Below, one piece after another: positions 42,264 to 52,024 of a stretch of DNA of 64,000 nt (position 1 is the first letter of the stretch; every line of letters begins with the position of its first letter). The translations under genes and the position numbers were made by a program. A model generated the notes under the pieces. It was not told where the DNA came from. It saw only the letters and a program-made list of their open reading frames with translations, and searched no databases. Origin of the DNA: Alphaproteobacteria bacterium (lineage in GTDB: Bacteria > Pseudomonadota > Alphaproteobacteria > UBA828); contig CAXXVO010000014.1 in the NCBI GenBank assembly GCA_963422645.2, forward strand, positions 160,001-224,000, in the 5' to 3' direction.

Positions 42264-43240
42264 GCGCGGCGCAGCAGGGCAAGGGGGCCGAGCCCGCCTG
42301 GGTCAAGGCGGCGGCCAATCAATCGCGGCTCGCCTTCGGGCTTGCCGTGACCGAGCTCGGCCGGCGCGACGAGCGGGTGGTGGCGGTCTCCGCAGACACG
42401 CTCGACCTGATCGGGCTCCGGGGCTTTGTCGAGCACGCGCCCGAGCGTGTCATCGACGTCGGCATCGCAGAGCAGAACGCCATGGGCGTGGCCGCGGGCC
42501 TCGCCACCACGGGCCTGCGCCCCTTCGTCTGCGGCTACGCGCCCTTCATTTCCGCGCGTTCCATGGAGCAGGTGCGGAACGAGGTCGCCTATGCCGATCA
42601 GCGCGTGGTGATCGGCGCGGCTGCGAGCGGGGTCTCGCTTGCCGTCTCGGGCGGCACGCACCATGCGCTGGAGGACCTCGCGCTGATGCGGAGCTTGCCG
42701 AACATGAGGGTGCTGGTGCCGGCGGACGCCCACGAGGCGTGGCATGCGACTCTGGCCACCGACGAGATCGACGGTCCCGCCTACATTCGCCTCGGCGGGC
42801 GCGTGCCCGAGCCCCCGGTGACGCCGGTCGATGCACCCTTCAGCCTGGGCAAGGCCGCGTGTCTTGCCGAGGGCGCGGACGTCGCCGTGGTCGCCTGTGG
42901 AGCCCTGGTGGCGCCGGCCGTAAATGCCGCCGAGGAACTGGCGCGGCAGGGTGTCGGCGCGCGCGTCCTCAACATGTCCACGATCAAGCCGCTCGACGAG
43001 GATGCGATCCTCGCCGCCGCCGAGGAGACGCGGGGCATCGTCACCGCCGAGGAGCATCATCTGACCGGTGGGCTCGGCGGCGCGGTGGCGGAGTTGCTGG
43101 CCGTCAAGCGGCCCACGCCCATGCGCATGGTCGGCATGCCCGACGAGTTCGCCGTCGTCGGCCCGACCGACCGAATCCGCGCCCGCTACGGCATGAGCGC
43201 CCAGCACATCGTGGACGCCTGCCTCGACTTGTTGAAATAG
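42260..43240 (+). CDS. Transketolase, C-terminal subunit
   Basis: GIAEQN, GGTHHALED, PAYIRL, TIKPLD, EEH...GGLG. Confidence 0.92.
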   Translation: MSAAQQGKGAEPAWVKAAANQSRLAFGLAVTELGRRDERVVAVSADTLDLIGLRGFVEHAPERVIDVGIAEQNAMGVAAGLATTGLRPFVCGYAPFISARSMEQVRNEVAYADQRVVIGAAASGVSLAVSGGTHHALEDLALMRSLPNMRVLVPADAHEAWHATLATDEIDGPAYIRLGGRVPEPPVTPVDAPFSLGKAACLAEGADVAVVACGALVAPAVNAAEELARQGVGARVLNMSTIKPLDEDAILAAAEETRGIVTAEEHHLTGGLGGAVAELLAVKRPTPMRMVGMPDEFAVVGPTDRIRARYGMSAQHIVDACLDLLK

Positions 43241-43256
43241 GGGCGCTGCGCCAAGC

Positions 43257-43792
43257 GTGACGCAACAGGAATCCCACAGGCATCACTTCGTTCCTGAGTT
43301 TCTGCTGAAGCCCTGGGCGAAAAATGGCGAACTAGACGGCTTCTGGTGGGACGGTCGAATGGGGCGACTGTCACGCAAGCGTATGGGATGCAAAGCATTC
43401 TGTTTCAAGACCGATCTTCTAACAGTTAACCACCACGAAGAGGGACGGGACGTACTCGAGCGAAAGTTCTTTGGAGATGTCGATGCAAGAGGAGCACTTG
43501 CACGTGACTGCCTTCTCGCAGACGGTCCGGGGGCTATGGGCCATGACCACCGATGCGATTTCGCTCGGCTACTACTTTCTCTCGAAGCTCGACGACCAAC
43601 TATCGTTCGCCGGTTGCGCAACTATGGAACACAGTACTTGTCGGACGCGATTGATGGCGATCCCGACATACAACGTGAAATGACAAATGAAGGCTTGGCC
43701 GGAAGTCCCTCCAAGTTCCTGGAGGAACAGAATATCTCGTTAGAGGATGAGGCGATCGGTAGCATTCAACAGCTTGTCGACAATCCAAGGCT
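43257..43792 (+). pseudogene. DUF4238-like protein, truncated by IS
   Basis: N-terminal RHHFVPEFLL..W motif and LE.KFF..D; lower GC; IS TIR begins at 43793. Confidence 0.7.
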
Positions 43793-44046
43793 CAGACTTC
43801 CTGACCTCGTGATGCTGGCTGTTCTGGGCAGCGTGCCGGGAACTCCTTGAATTCTGATACATTTCGGTTGTTTCAGGCGGTTTTTCGCTGGGTGTCGCGC
43901 CCGAGGTCTGATATTATAATTTGATACCAATTGCACGGTCTCAACCATGCCCAGTACCCTCCCAATGTGCCCTCCAGAGGCGGTCTCGATCGGCAACAGC
44001 TGCTTCGCCGTCCTGATCTCGGACGACACCTTCACCTACTTTTCCA
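43793..44046 (+). mobile_element. Left-end fragment (254 bp) of the unclassified DDE IS
   Basis: Matches 14185-14438; cut by the IS66 TIR at 44047. Confidence 0.92.
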
Positions 44047-45670
44047 GTAACTGCCCAGGTCGTCTGATTTGTCATTTTGGGCCAGTGGATTGAGGCGTTT
44101 CTCGTTCGGAGTTGGTGGAAAGGGCTTGACGGGAATTTCGGGAAATGACTCAACAACGACATGAGCAATCCCGAGTCGCCGCGCGGCCCTTCGACGGGAG
44201 CAGCGCCCGAAACGCCCGCGCAGAAGATCGCCCGCCTGGAGGAGGAGAACGCCCGGCTTCGGGAGGAAAATGCCTGGCTTCGGCAGCAGAACGCGCGGCT
44301 GGAAGAGCAAGTCGCGCGTCTCGTCGAGCGCATCGAGGAGTTGGAGCGCCGTCTCGGCCTCAACAGCGGCAACAGCGGCAAGCCGCCTTCGAGCGATGGG
44401 CTGAGGAAGCCGAATTCGAAGCGGCGAACCCGAAGCCTGCGCGGCAAATCGGGCCGCAAGCCCGGTGGCCAGCCCGGCCACAAGGGCAAGACGCTGCGCC
44501 GCGCCGATCACCCGGATCGGGTGAAGGATCACGTCCCGGCTTCCTGCAAGGGATGCGGTTCGCCGCTTTCGGACGCGGCCAGGGCGGGAACGCCCGTCGC
44601 CCGCCAGGTGTTCGATCTGCCCGAGCCGAGCCCCCTGGAGGTGACCGAGCACCGGGCGCATGCCAAGTGCTGCGGGCATTGCGGGACGGTGACCCGGGCG
44701 GCGTTCCCCGACGGGGTGTCGGCGCCGGTGCAGTACGGCCCGCGCATTGCCGGGGTGGCGGTCTACCTTCAGCACGCTCACTTCCTGCCGGAGGATCGGC
44801 TGTCGCAGGTGATGGCCGAGCTCTTCGGCGCGCCGGTGACGGCTGCGACGTTGGCGACGATGAGCGAGAGGGCGGCCGAGCGGCTTGCGGGACGCGGCCT
44901 TGCACATACAGGACCTGGCGGCGGGCACGGCGCGGGTGAAACACATGGACGAGACCGGCTTGCGGATCGGCGGTCAGACGCAGTGGCTTCATGTGATCTG
45001 CACGCCGCTGCTGGCGGCGTACCGGGTCAGCGGCAAGCGCGGCGCCCTGCTCTCGGGTGTCTCCGGCATCGTCGTGCACGATCACTGGAAGCCGTACTTC
45101 GCGATGGAAGGGGTGGAGCACGGCCTGTGCAACGCCCATCACCTGCGGGAGTTGCAGGCGCTGGTGGACATCGAAGGGGAGGCTTGGGCCCGGCGGATGC
45201 AGCAGCTCCTGCGCCGAGCCAATCGCGCCGCCCGCATCGCGCTGGACAAGGATATCGCCGTTCCGGCGAGGCTTGTGGCGCTGATCGAGCGCCGATACGA
45301 CGAGATCATCGCCGATGCGCTGGCCTTTCACGAGAGCCAACCACCGTTCTCGCCTGGCAAGAGGAAGAAGCGCCGGAAGCGAAGGATCGGTCACAATCTG
45401 GCCTTGAGGCTGCGCGACCACAAATGCGCGGTGCTCCGGTTCCTGATCGACCTCGAGGTCGGGTTCACGAACAACGAGGCCGAGCGCGACCTTCGGATGA
45501 TGAAGCTGCGCCAGAAGATCTCCGGGGGCTTCCGGTCCGCGCAGGGGGCCGAGAACTTCGCCATCCTGCGCAGCGTCATCACCACCGCCAGAAAGCAGGG
45601 CTGGAATATCATCGAAGCCCTGACCAGCCCATCGGATCGGCTCATCGCCACCGTCAAGTGCGCGTAAGCT
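44047..45670 (+). mobile_element. IS66-family element without methyltransferase; right TIR lost
   Basis: TIR GTAACTGCCCAGGT; single transposase; cut just after its stop codon by the DDE IS. Confidence 0.88.
44161..45667 (+). pseudogene. IS66 transposase with frameshift at ~44885
   Basis: SGKPPSSD, GGQPGH and VQYGP in frame 1; HMDETG, CNAHHLRE, FTNNEAERDLR and QKISG in frame 2. Confidence 0.85.
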
Positions 45671-48028
45671 CAGACTTCCTGACCTCTGCTGATTTTAGGT
45701 GACACGAGCCGCGCGGATTCCGAGGCCCCGTCGATGTCGTAGACTATGCGCAGACGGGTGCCGGGGAAGACCGTTTCGGTGGCGTTCAGGTCGCTCAGAA
45801 CCGCATCGATCCAACGGTCGCAGGCGTCGTTTGCGAGGCCAAGAATGTGGACCCGCAGGAGGCCATTGCCAGGATCCGGCAGGATGTCGGCATCGGCGGT
45901 GAGCAGCGCTTGAAGCAGTTTCCGGGGATGGGGCTTGTGGCCCTGCGCCTGCATGACGGGAAGCATCATGCGGGTTTCGGCGCGGTAGGCGATCATCCGG
46001 ATGACGTCGAGGAGGAGGCGCTCGCGCGCGGGCAAGGCATCGAGCTGCTCGGCTTCGTCGAGGTCGCCGGCCCGGCAGTGCTTGGGCGTCTCCCTGCGGC
46101 TGGCCCTGACGATGTCGCGGACATCCTGGAGGTCCCTGACTTCCCTCCTGAGTTCCGCCGTCGGCTGCTTCTTCCGGGCCGTGTCGGCGATGCGGTTGCG
46201 CAGGCGGCCAAGCTGGCGGTCGAGGCGATGGATTGCCTTGTCATAGGCCCGCCGCAGCGGGTTGACGACCATGGCGGCGGGATCGAGAGGCTCGAGCTCG
46301 TGGGTCGGCAGGGCGTCGAGATTGAACTCGTCACGCATGTACTTGAAGAAGTTCTCCTGCGACCAGCGCGAGAACATGGCGCCCGCAACCTCAGCCATCG
46401 GCTTGTGCGGATCGGTGGTGATCAGCGGCACCTGACGGCCGTTGTCGAGCAGGCGGCGGATCTGGCGCACCCTGAAGCCGTTCGGCAACGTCACCGGCTT
46501 CTCAGCCAGCCGCATGGTGGCGCTGCCGTCCGCCGCCGGTCCGTGAATGGGAACGGTCATCGCGCCGAAGTCCTCGGCCGGCCAGTCCTCGCCCCTGAAG
46601 TTCTTGTGCCAGGTCAGGCAGGCGACGCCGCGCCTCGCCAGCCGGCGGAACAGATCCGGGCTCCAGCCCTCGCGGTCGAAGACCAGGGTGAGCGCCGGCT
46701 GGCCGGGATGCTCGGCGGTCAGGTCCGGCGCCCCGGCGCCAACGATCCCAAGCTCCTGCAGCGCCGGCACCACGTCGGCTTCGATGGCCGCGACCATCTT
46801 CGGGTCCAGCGGCTTGTGCAGACAGAGCAGCGGCTTGCCGCCCAGAGCGTTGATCCAGTAGCTGGCGCTCGCCGGCAGGCACAGCTTCTCGCGCGAGACG
46901 AAGTGCTTGGGCAAGCGCCCCTTGCGGCCGGAGTAGACCTTGACGTGCCCGTCGATGGCCAGCGTCGCCCAGAGCTCCGGCTCGTCGGCCTTGCCAGCGC
47001 CTGGCAAGGGCGAGCTGCCACGCCCGCACGCCGGCCTCGTCGTCGGCGATGAGAGCGATCTTGCGGCGCAGCGTCTTGACCTCGGGGCAGCGATCGAGGC
47101 CGAGAATGGCGCCCCATTCGCCCGGCGCCTGGTAGCGCAGGCTCTCGGGGTTGCGCACCCGCGCCAAGGTCATGAAGGCCAGGAAGAGCAGGATCGTAGG
47201 CAAGCCGTAATAGCCCTTCGGCAGCAATGGCAGGAGACCGGTCTCGGAGAGAAGACCTTCCTTCAGCAGGGCCGGCAGGGCGGCGAGCACGCCGCCGAAG
47301 CGGACACCGCGGGCGGCGGCGGCGAACTGCGGTTCGACCGGCCCCGCCTGTCCACAACTGGCCAGAACCCGAGCCGGAACATCGCAAGTCGCACGCCCCA
47401 TCGGCGCCTGCCGGTCCCGCCGATCGCGCGCGCTGCGATCCGTTTGCGGCTGCGCTTCCAGCCCCGGCGCCGTCTCCGGCCCCGGGGCACCGGTACTCTC
47501 TTCATCGACACGGCCTTCAGGAGCCGCACCCGCGTCAGGCGGCGCAGCCAGCGCTGAGCGTCCGGGCTCCCCATCCGCCTCCGTGTTGCCGATCAGTCCC
47601 TGACGGCGCCACTTGTTGACCGATGGCGCTGACACGCCGAGAACCCGGGCCGCCGCAGAGCCGCTCAGGCCCGATGCCAGCAACGCCGTCGCCTTCTCCG
47701 CCAACTCCGGAGTGAACACCGACGGCCCGCGACCGCGCCGGGGCTTCATGAACCCCGCTTCGCCCTCGGCCAGGTAGCGCCGTCGTGCGCGCTGCACCGT
47801 CGCGCGCGAGACAGCGAAAGCGTCAGCCAGTTCCTGCGGCGAGACCGCGCTGATCGCCGCGAGGCGGCCGATCCGCAAGAGCATGGCCGTGCGGTCATCG
47901 GCGGCGTGGCTGTCAAAGGGAATGAGGTTGGAAAAGTAGGTGAAGGTGTCGTCCGAGATCAGGACGGCGAAGCAGCTGTTGCCGATCGAGACCGCCTCTG
48001 GAGGGCACATTGGGAGGGTACTGGGCAT
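45670..48028 (-). CDS. DDE transposase with apparent frameshift at ~46990
   Basis: Same as copies 1 and 2. Confidence 0.8.
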
Positions 48029-48182
48029 GGTTGAGACCGTGCAATTGGTATCAAATTATAATATCAGACCTCGGGCGCGACACCCAGCGAAAAACCGCCT
48101 GAAACAACCGAAATGTATCAGAATTCAAGGAGTTCCCGGCACGCTGCCCAGAACAGCCAGCATCACGAGGTCAGGAAGTCTG
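45671..48182 (-). mobile_element. Unclassified DDE IS copy 3 (full length, no TSD)
   Basis: Both 16-bp TIRs; flanks AAGCT / AATCT differ. Confidence 0.92.
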
Positions 48183-48292
48183 AATCTATACAGTCAAGCG
48201 GGGATCAACGACGCGCCGACGGCGAAACGGCACCGACGGCAAGCAACATCAGCACGCACTCAGAACTGGCGGCGGGGTACCTGGGTAGTTAC
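48183..48292 (-). mobile_element. Left-end fragment of the MTase-carrying IS66 (copy A type)
   Basis: Matches 8893-9002 with one mismatch seen; ends ACCTGGGTAGTTAC. Confidence 0.9.
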
Positions 48293-48368
48293 GTATTTTC
48301 AATCGTCGACTTTTCCTGATATATGGCGTCGCACTTATAGTTCGCCGAGTTGCAAGGGAGGAAAACTT

Positions 48369-48659
48369 ATGGCGAGACCGTCTTTCGCCAAGATCGACGA
48401 GAGCACGCTCACAAAGGGGCAGCTCCGCAAGCTCGAAACGCTGCGCAGATCTGTGGGTGAGGAGATCGGTGAGCGCGCGTTTGCCGCATGGTTAGCCACA
48501 CAACCAAAGCCGGTGGTGGTCGAGAAGGATCACGACGCCGAATTGATTGTCGATACACTCTGGCCGCTTGTCCAGCACGGTGCGCTGGAAATTCCGCGGG
48601 GTGGCTACCTGATTCGGCGCGGACGTCATCGCGTTATTGTCGAGCCCGTGAGGCCGTAG
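48369..48659 (+). CDS. Hypothetical protein (96 aa)
   Basis: Strong RBS GGGAGG, ATG, plausible protein MARPSFAKIDESTLTKGQLRKL... Confidence 0.7.
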   Translation: MARPSFAKIDESTLTKGQLRKLETLRRSVGEEIGERAFAAWLATQPKPVVVEKDHDAELIVDTLWPLVQHGALEIPRGGYLIRRGRHRVIVEPVRP

Positions 48660-49766
48660 AACGGGACAGGCGCCGCCCCTTAGCTGGGGGTGCCATCAGC
48701 CTCAAGAACGAAGTGGGCGGAAGCGTCTCAATCTTGCCCTGCGCTCCGTCGCAACCTCAGACCGTGTTCGCCCTATAATTCCGCACCTTGCGGAAATCAG
48801 TGACTCGGAAGGGCGCCGTTGAATTGCGCGCGGCTGACGGTGACACGTGACCCAAGAGTGAGGTGAGAGGCACTTAACACCCCGGACCATGGTGCGGTGC
48901 ACAGGGCGGCCGGCGTGGGGCAATGTCCGCGCCATGAACGCTCTCAACGCTCCCCCGCCTTCCCACCACACCCGTCGAGGCCGCCCGTGAGCGCGCTCGA
49001 CGGGTGGATCGACATCTGCCGCGCTGGAAACTGGCACGATATGGCCGGGCGCGACGTGCGCCTCGATGAAGACCGGCTGGACCGTATCATCGCAGCGCAG
49101 TCCGCAGCCGACCCCGCGCCGGTCGTGGTTGGTCACCCTGAGGAGAACGCGCCGGCGTATGGCTGGGTCGACAGCCTGCGCCGCGTCGGCGACCGTCTGC
49201 AGGCGAAGCTGCGCGACATCGCGCCGGCCTTCCGCGAGGCGGTCGAGGACGGCCGCTACGCTGGCCGCTCTATCGCCCTCCAGGGCGACACCCTGCGCCA
49301 TCTCGGATTTCTTGGCGGCCGCGCACCGGCGGTGCCGGGCCTCGCTCCGACCTGCTTCGCATCCGCGCCGGAGTCGGTGATCGCCTTCGCCGACAGCACC
49401 GCCGAGGCCCCGCAGATCTCATCCGACGCACAGCCCGACTCTCTCCGCGCCCTGGAGCCGAGAGGGGACGAAGACGGCAACAGCCTCGTCCCCCTCCGTG
49501 CCCCCCAGGGCCGGGGAGAGGCCGAAGAGGACGGCTGCCAAGCTACCCATGATGTGGCGGGCAAGGAGAGCCAGGCTGCGGAGCAGCCTGGAGCGCGCGA
49601 CCGAGCGCCGCGCCGAATGGCGCGAAGCCAAGTGAGCGGAGCGAACGCCCGGCGCTTGAGGGAAATGAACGATCAAGAAACGTAACTACCCAGGTACCCC
49701 AATCCTGAGTTGAGGACGGTGATTATGGCGGCGGCCGCGGCCTGGTTCTGCCACCGCGATTGGTTC

Positions 49767-49823
49767 TTGACCTCATAGAGTTGCGGGACTATGGACTGCT
49801 CTCTCGCGTGACGGGAGCGGTCC
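49767..49823 (+). promoter_or_regulatory. Putative sigma70 promoter TTGACC-N17-TATGGA with ATAG-N10-CTAT palindrome and RBS-covering hairpin
   Basis: Conserved geometry with copy A despite a divergent spacer. Confidence 0.6.
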
Positions 49824-50489
49824 ATGGGGTATTTCGGCTCGAAGGCGACAGCAGGTCTGTGCCAAGCGCTGATTGCGCTGATGCCGCCGCACTCCGTCTA
49901 CATCGAAAGCCACCTTGGGGGCGGGGCGCTGATGAAGCGCAAGCCGCCGGCCGTGCGTTCGATCGGCATCGACCGCGATGCGCAGGCGCTCGAGGCCTTC
50001 GTCTGCGACTACCCGGTCGATCTGGTTCACGGCTGTGCCCATGACTTCCTGGCCTCGTTCCCGTTCCTGGGCCCGGAGCTGGTTTACAGCGATCCGCCCT
50101 ATCTGCACGCGACCCGCCGCTCGGCGCAGCGCTACCGCTTCGAGTACGAGGAGGCCGGCCACGTCGCGCTTCTCGCGCTGCTCAAGGCTCTGCCCTGCCA
50201 GGTCATGATCTCGGGCCATCCGTCGGCGCTCTATGACGAGGTGCTGGCGGGATGGCGCCGGCTGGCGCTGCAGGTCACGACCCAGGGTCTGGTGCGAACC
50301 GAGGTCGTCTGGTTCAACTACGCCCCCGACCGGATGCATTGGGCCAGCCACGCAGGCCGGAACTTCACCGACCGCCAGCGCATCAAGCGCAAGGCAGCCA
50401 ACTGGGGCCGGCGCTACCAGGCCTTGCCGCCGGGCGAACGCCTCGCCGTGCTCGCCGCCATGATGGCCGTCGAGGCCGAAGACACGTGA
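49824..50489 (+). CDS. Compact Dam-like (alpha-class) N6-adenine DNA methyltransferase
   Basis: YFGSK, ESHLGGGA, VYSDPPY; close paralogue of 8182-8850. Confidence 0.9.
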   Translation: MGYFGSKATAGLCQALIALMPPHSVYIESHLGGGALMKRKPPAVRSIGIDRDAQALEAFVCDYPVDLVHGCAHDFLASFPFLGPELVYSDPPYLHATRRSAQRYRFEYEEAGHVALLALLKALPCQVMISGHPSALYDEVLAGWRRLALQVTTQGLVRTEVVWFNYAPDRMHWASHAGRNFTDRQRIKRKAANWGRRYQALPPGERLAVLAAMMAVEAEDT

Positions 50490-52024
50490 CGGTGTCGCAC
50501 TGGCACGAAGACCTCGCCGCCCGTAACGAGGCCTTCTGCTGCCTGAAGGAGCTTCTCGAGCCATCATCCCTCGCAACCACTGTCGTCGTTGCCGTCCGGG
50601 AATGGGGGCAGGGGCTGCTGCGATCAGCCACCGCGCTCGCCCGGGAAAATGCCGCACTCGAGCAGGAGAACGCGGCCCTGCGCGAGCGCATCGCCGAACT
50701 CGAGCGCAGCGCGGCCCTCAACAGCACCACAAGCAGCAAGCCCCCCGCCAGCGACGGGCTCAAGAAGAAAAGCGGAGCCCAGAGGCGCACCCAAAGCCAG
50801 CGCGGAAAGTCCGGCGGGCCCAGTGGCGGCCAGCCCGGCCACAAGGGAACCACCCTCGCGCGGAGCGACAGCCCGGACCGTGTCGTCGATCACCACCCCT
50901 CCACCTGTTCCGGCTGTGGCGTCGAGCTCTCGGACGCCGACCGGCAAGGCGCGCCCGCCTGTCGGCAGGTCTTCGACGTACCCGAGCCGCAGCCTCTCGA
51001 GGTCACCGAACACCGCGCCCATCGCTGCCTCTGCGGCGCATGCGGCACGCTGACACGAGCCGCCTTCCCGCCGGGCGTCACCGCCCCGGTCCAGTACGGC
51101 CCTCGCATCACCGCTTGGGTGAGTTACCTGCTGTACGCCCAGTTCGTGCCCGAGAAGCGTCTGGCCGAACTCATGAGCGACATCTTCGCGGTGTCCATCT
51201 CCACTGCCACGATCGCCGCCATGGGCCGGCGCACAGCGCAGCGCTTCGAGGGCTTCCTCGACCATGTCGCCGATCTGATCCGCACGCAGGCGCCGGTCAA
51301 GCACCTCGACGAGACCGGCCTGCGTATCGCCGCCCGTACCCGCTGGCTCCATGTGCTGTGCACCCCGTTGCTCACCGTCCTGCGCATCGGCGAGGGACGC
51401 GGCGATGTCGAAAAGAACCTGAAAGGCATCCTCGTCCACGACGACTTCGCCCCCTACTTCACCATCAAGGGCGTCCGCCACGGCGCCTGCAACGCACATC
51501 ACCTGCGCGAACTCCAGGCCCTGATCGACATCGAGAAGGAGGAATGGGCGGCGAGCATGCACCGCCTGCTTCAGCGCGCGCGCAGGGCCGCCCGCTTCGC
51601 CCGTGAGAAAGACCGTCAAGTCCCCGCCTCCCTGGTGGCCCGCATCTCAAGGGCATGGGACCGTATCCTCGAAGAAGCCATCGCCTTCCATGAGGCCCAA
51701 CCGCCGCTCCAGATCGCAAAGCGAGGGCGAAAGAAACGCCGCATCGGCCACAACCTCGCGCGCCGCCTTCAAAAGCATAAGGAGGGCTGCCTGCGCTTCC
51801 TCACCGACCTGCGCACGCCGTTCACGAATAACGAGGCGGAGCGTGACATCCGTATGAACAAAGTGCATGAGAAGATCTCAGGCGGCTTCCGCTCCCTGCA
51901 AGGCGCCTGCAACTTCGCCGGAATGCGCAGCGTCATCGTCACCGCTCGAAAGCAAGGCTGGAACATCCTGCAAATCCTGGCGCACCCGGAACCGATGCAG
52001 CTGATCCCTATACTGCGCTCCTGA
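50486..52024 (+). CDS. IS66 transposase (single-ORF, ISBst12-like), intact
   Basis: GTG overlapping the MTase TGA; SSKPPASD, HLDETG, VHDD, CNAHHLRE, FTNNEAERDIR. Confidence 0.92.
   Translation: MTVSHWHEDLAARNEAFCCLKELLEPSSLATTVVVAVREWGQGLLRSATALARENAALEQENAALRERIAELERSAALNSTTSSKPPASDGLKKKSGAQRRTQSQRGKSGGPSGGQPGHKGTTLARSDSPDRVVDHHPSTCSGCGVELSDADRQGAPACRQVFDVPEPQPLEVTEHRAHRCLCGACGTLTRAAFPPGVTAPVQYGPRITAWVSYLLYAQFVPEKRLAELMSDIFAVSISTATIAAMGRRTAQRFEGFLDHVADLIRTQAPVKHLDETGLRIAARTRWLHVLCTPLLTVLRIGEGRGDVEKNLKGILVHDDFAPYFTIKGVRHGACNAHHLRELQALIDIEKEEWAASMHRLLQRARRAARFAREKDRQVPASLVARISRAWDRILEEAIAFHEAQPPLQIAKRGRKKRRIGHNLARRLQKHKEGCLRFLTDLRTPFTNNEAERDIRMNKVHEKISGGFRSLQGACNFAGMRSVIVTARKQGWNILQILAHPEPMQLIPILRS

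Noticed and set aside
47940-48368. N-terminal part of the 239-aa ORF 47940-48659
   Set aside because: Runs through IS ends; the real gene starts at 48369 after a strong RBS
50252-50485. Upstream extension of the IS66 transposase ORF, or an MTase-transposase fusion by frameshift
   Set aside because: The extension is an off-frame reading of the MTase with different lengths in the two copies; no slippery site seen, and the GTGA overlap explains the arrangement
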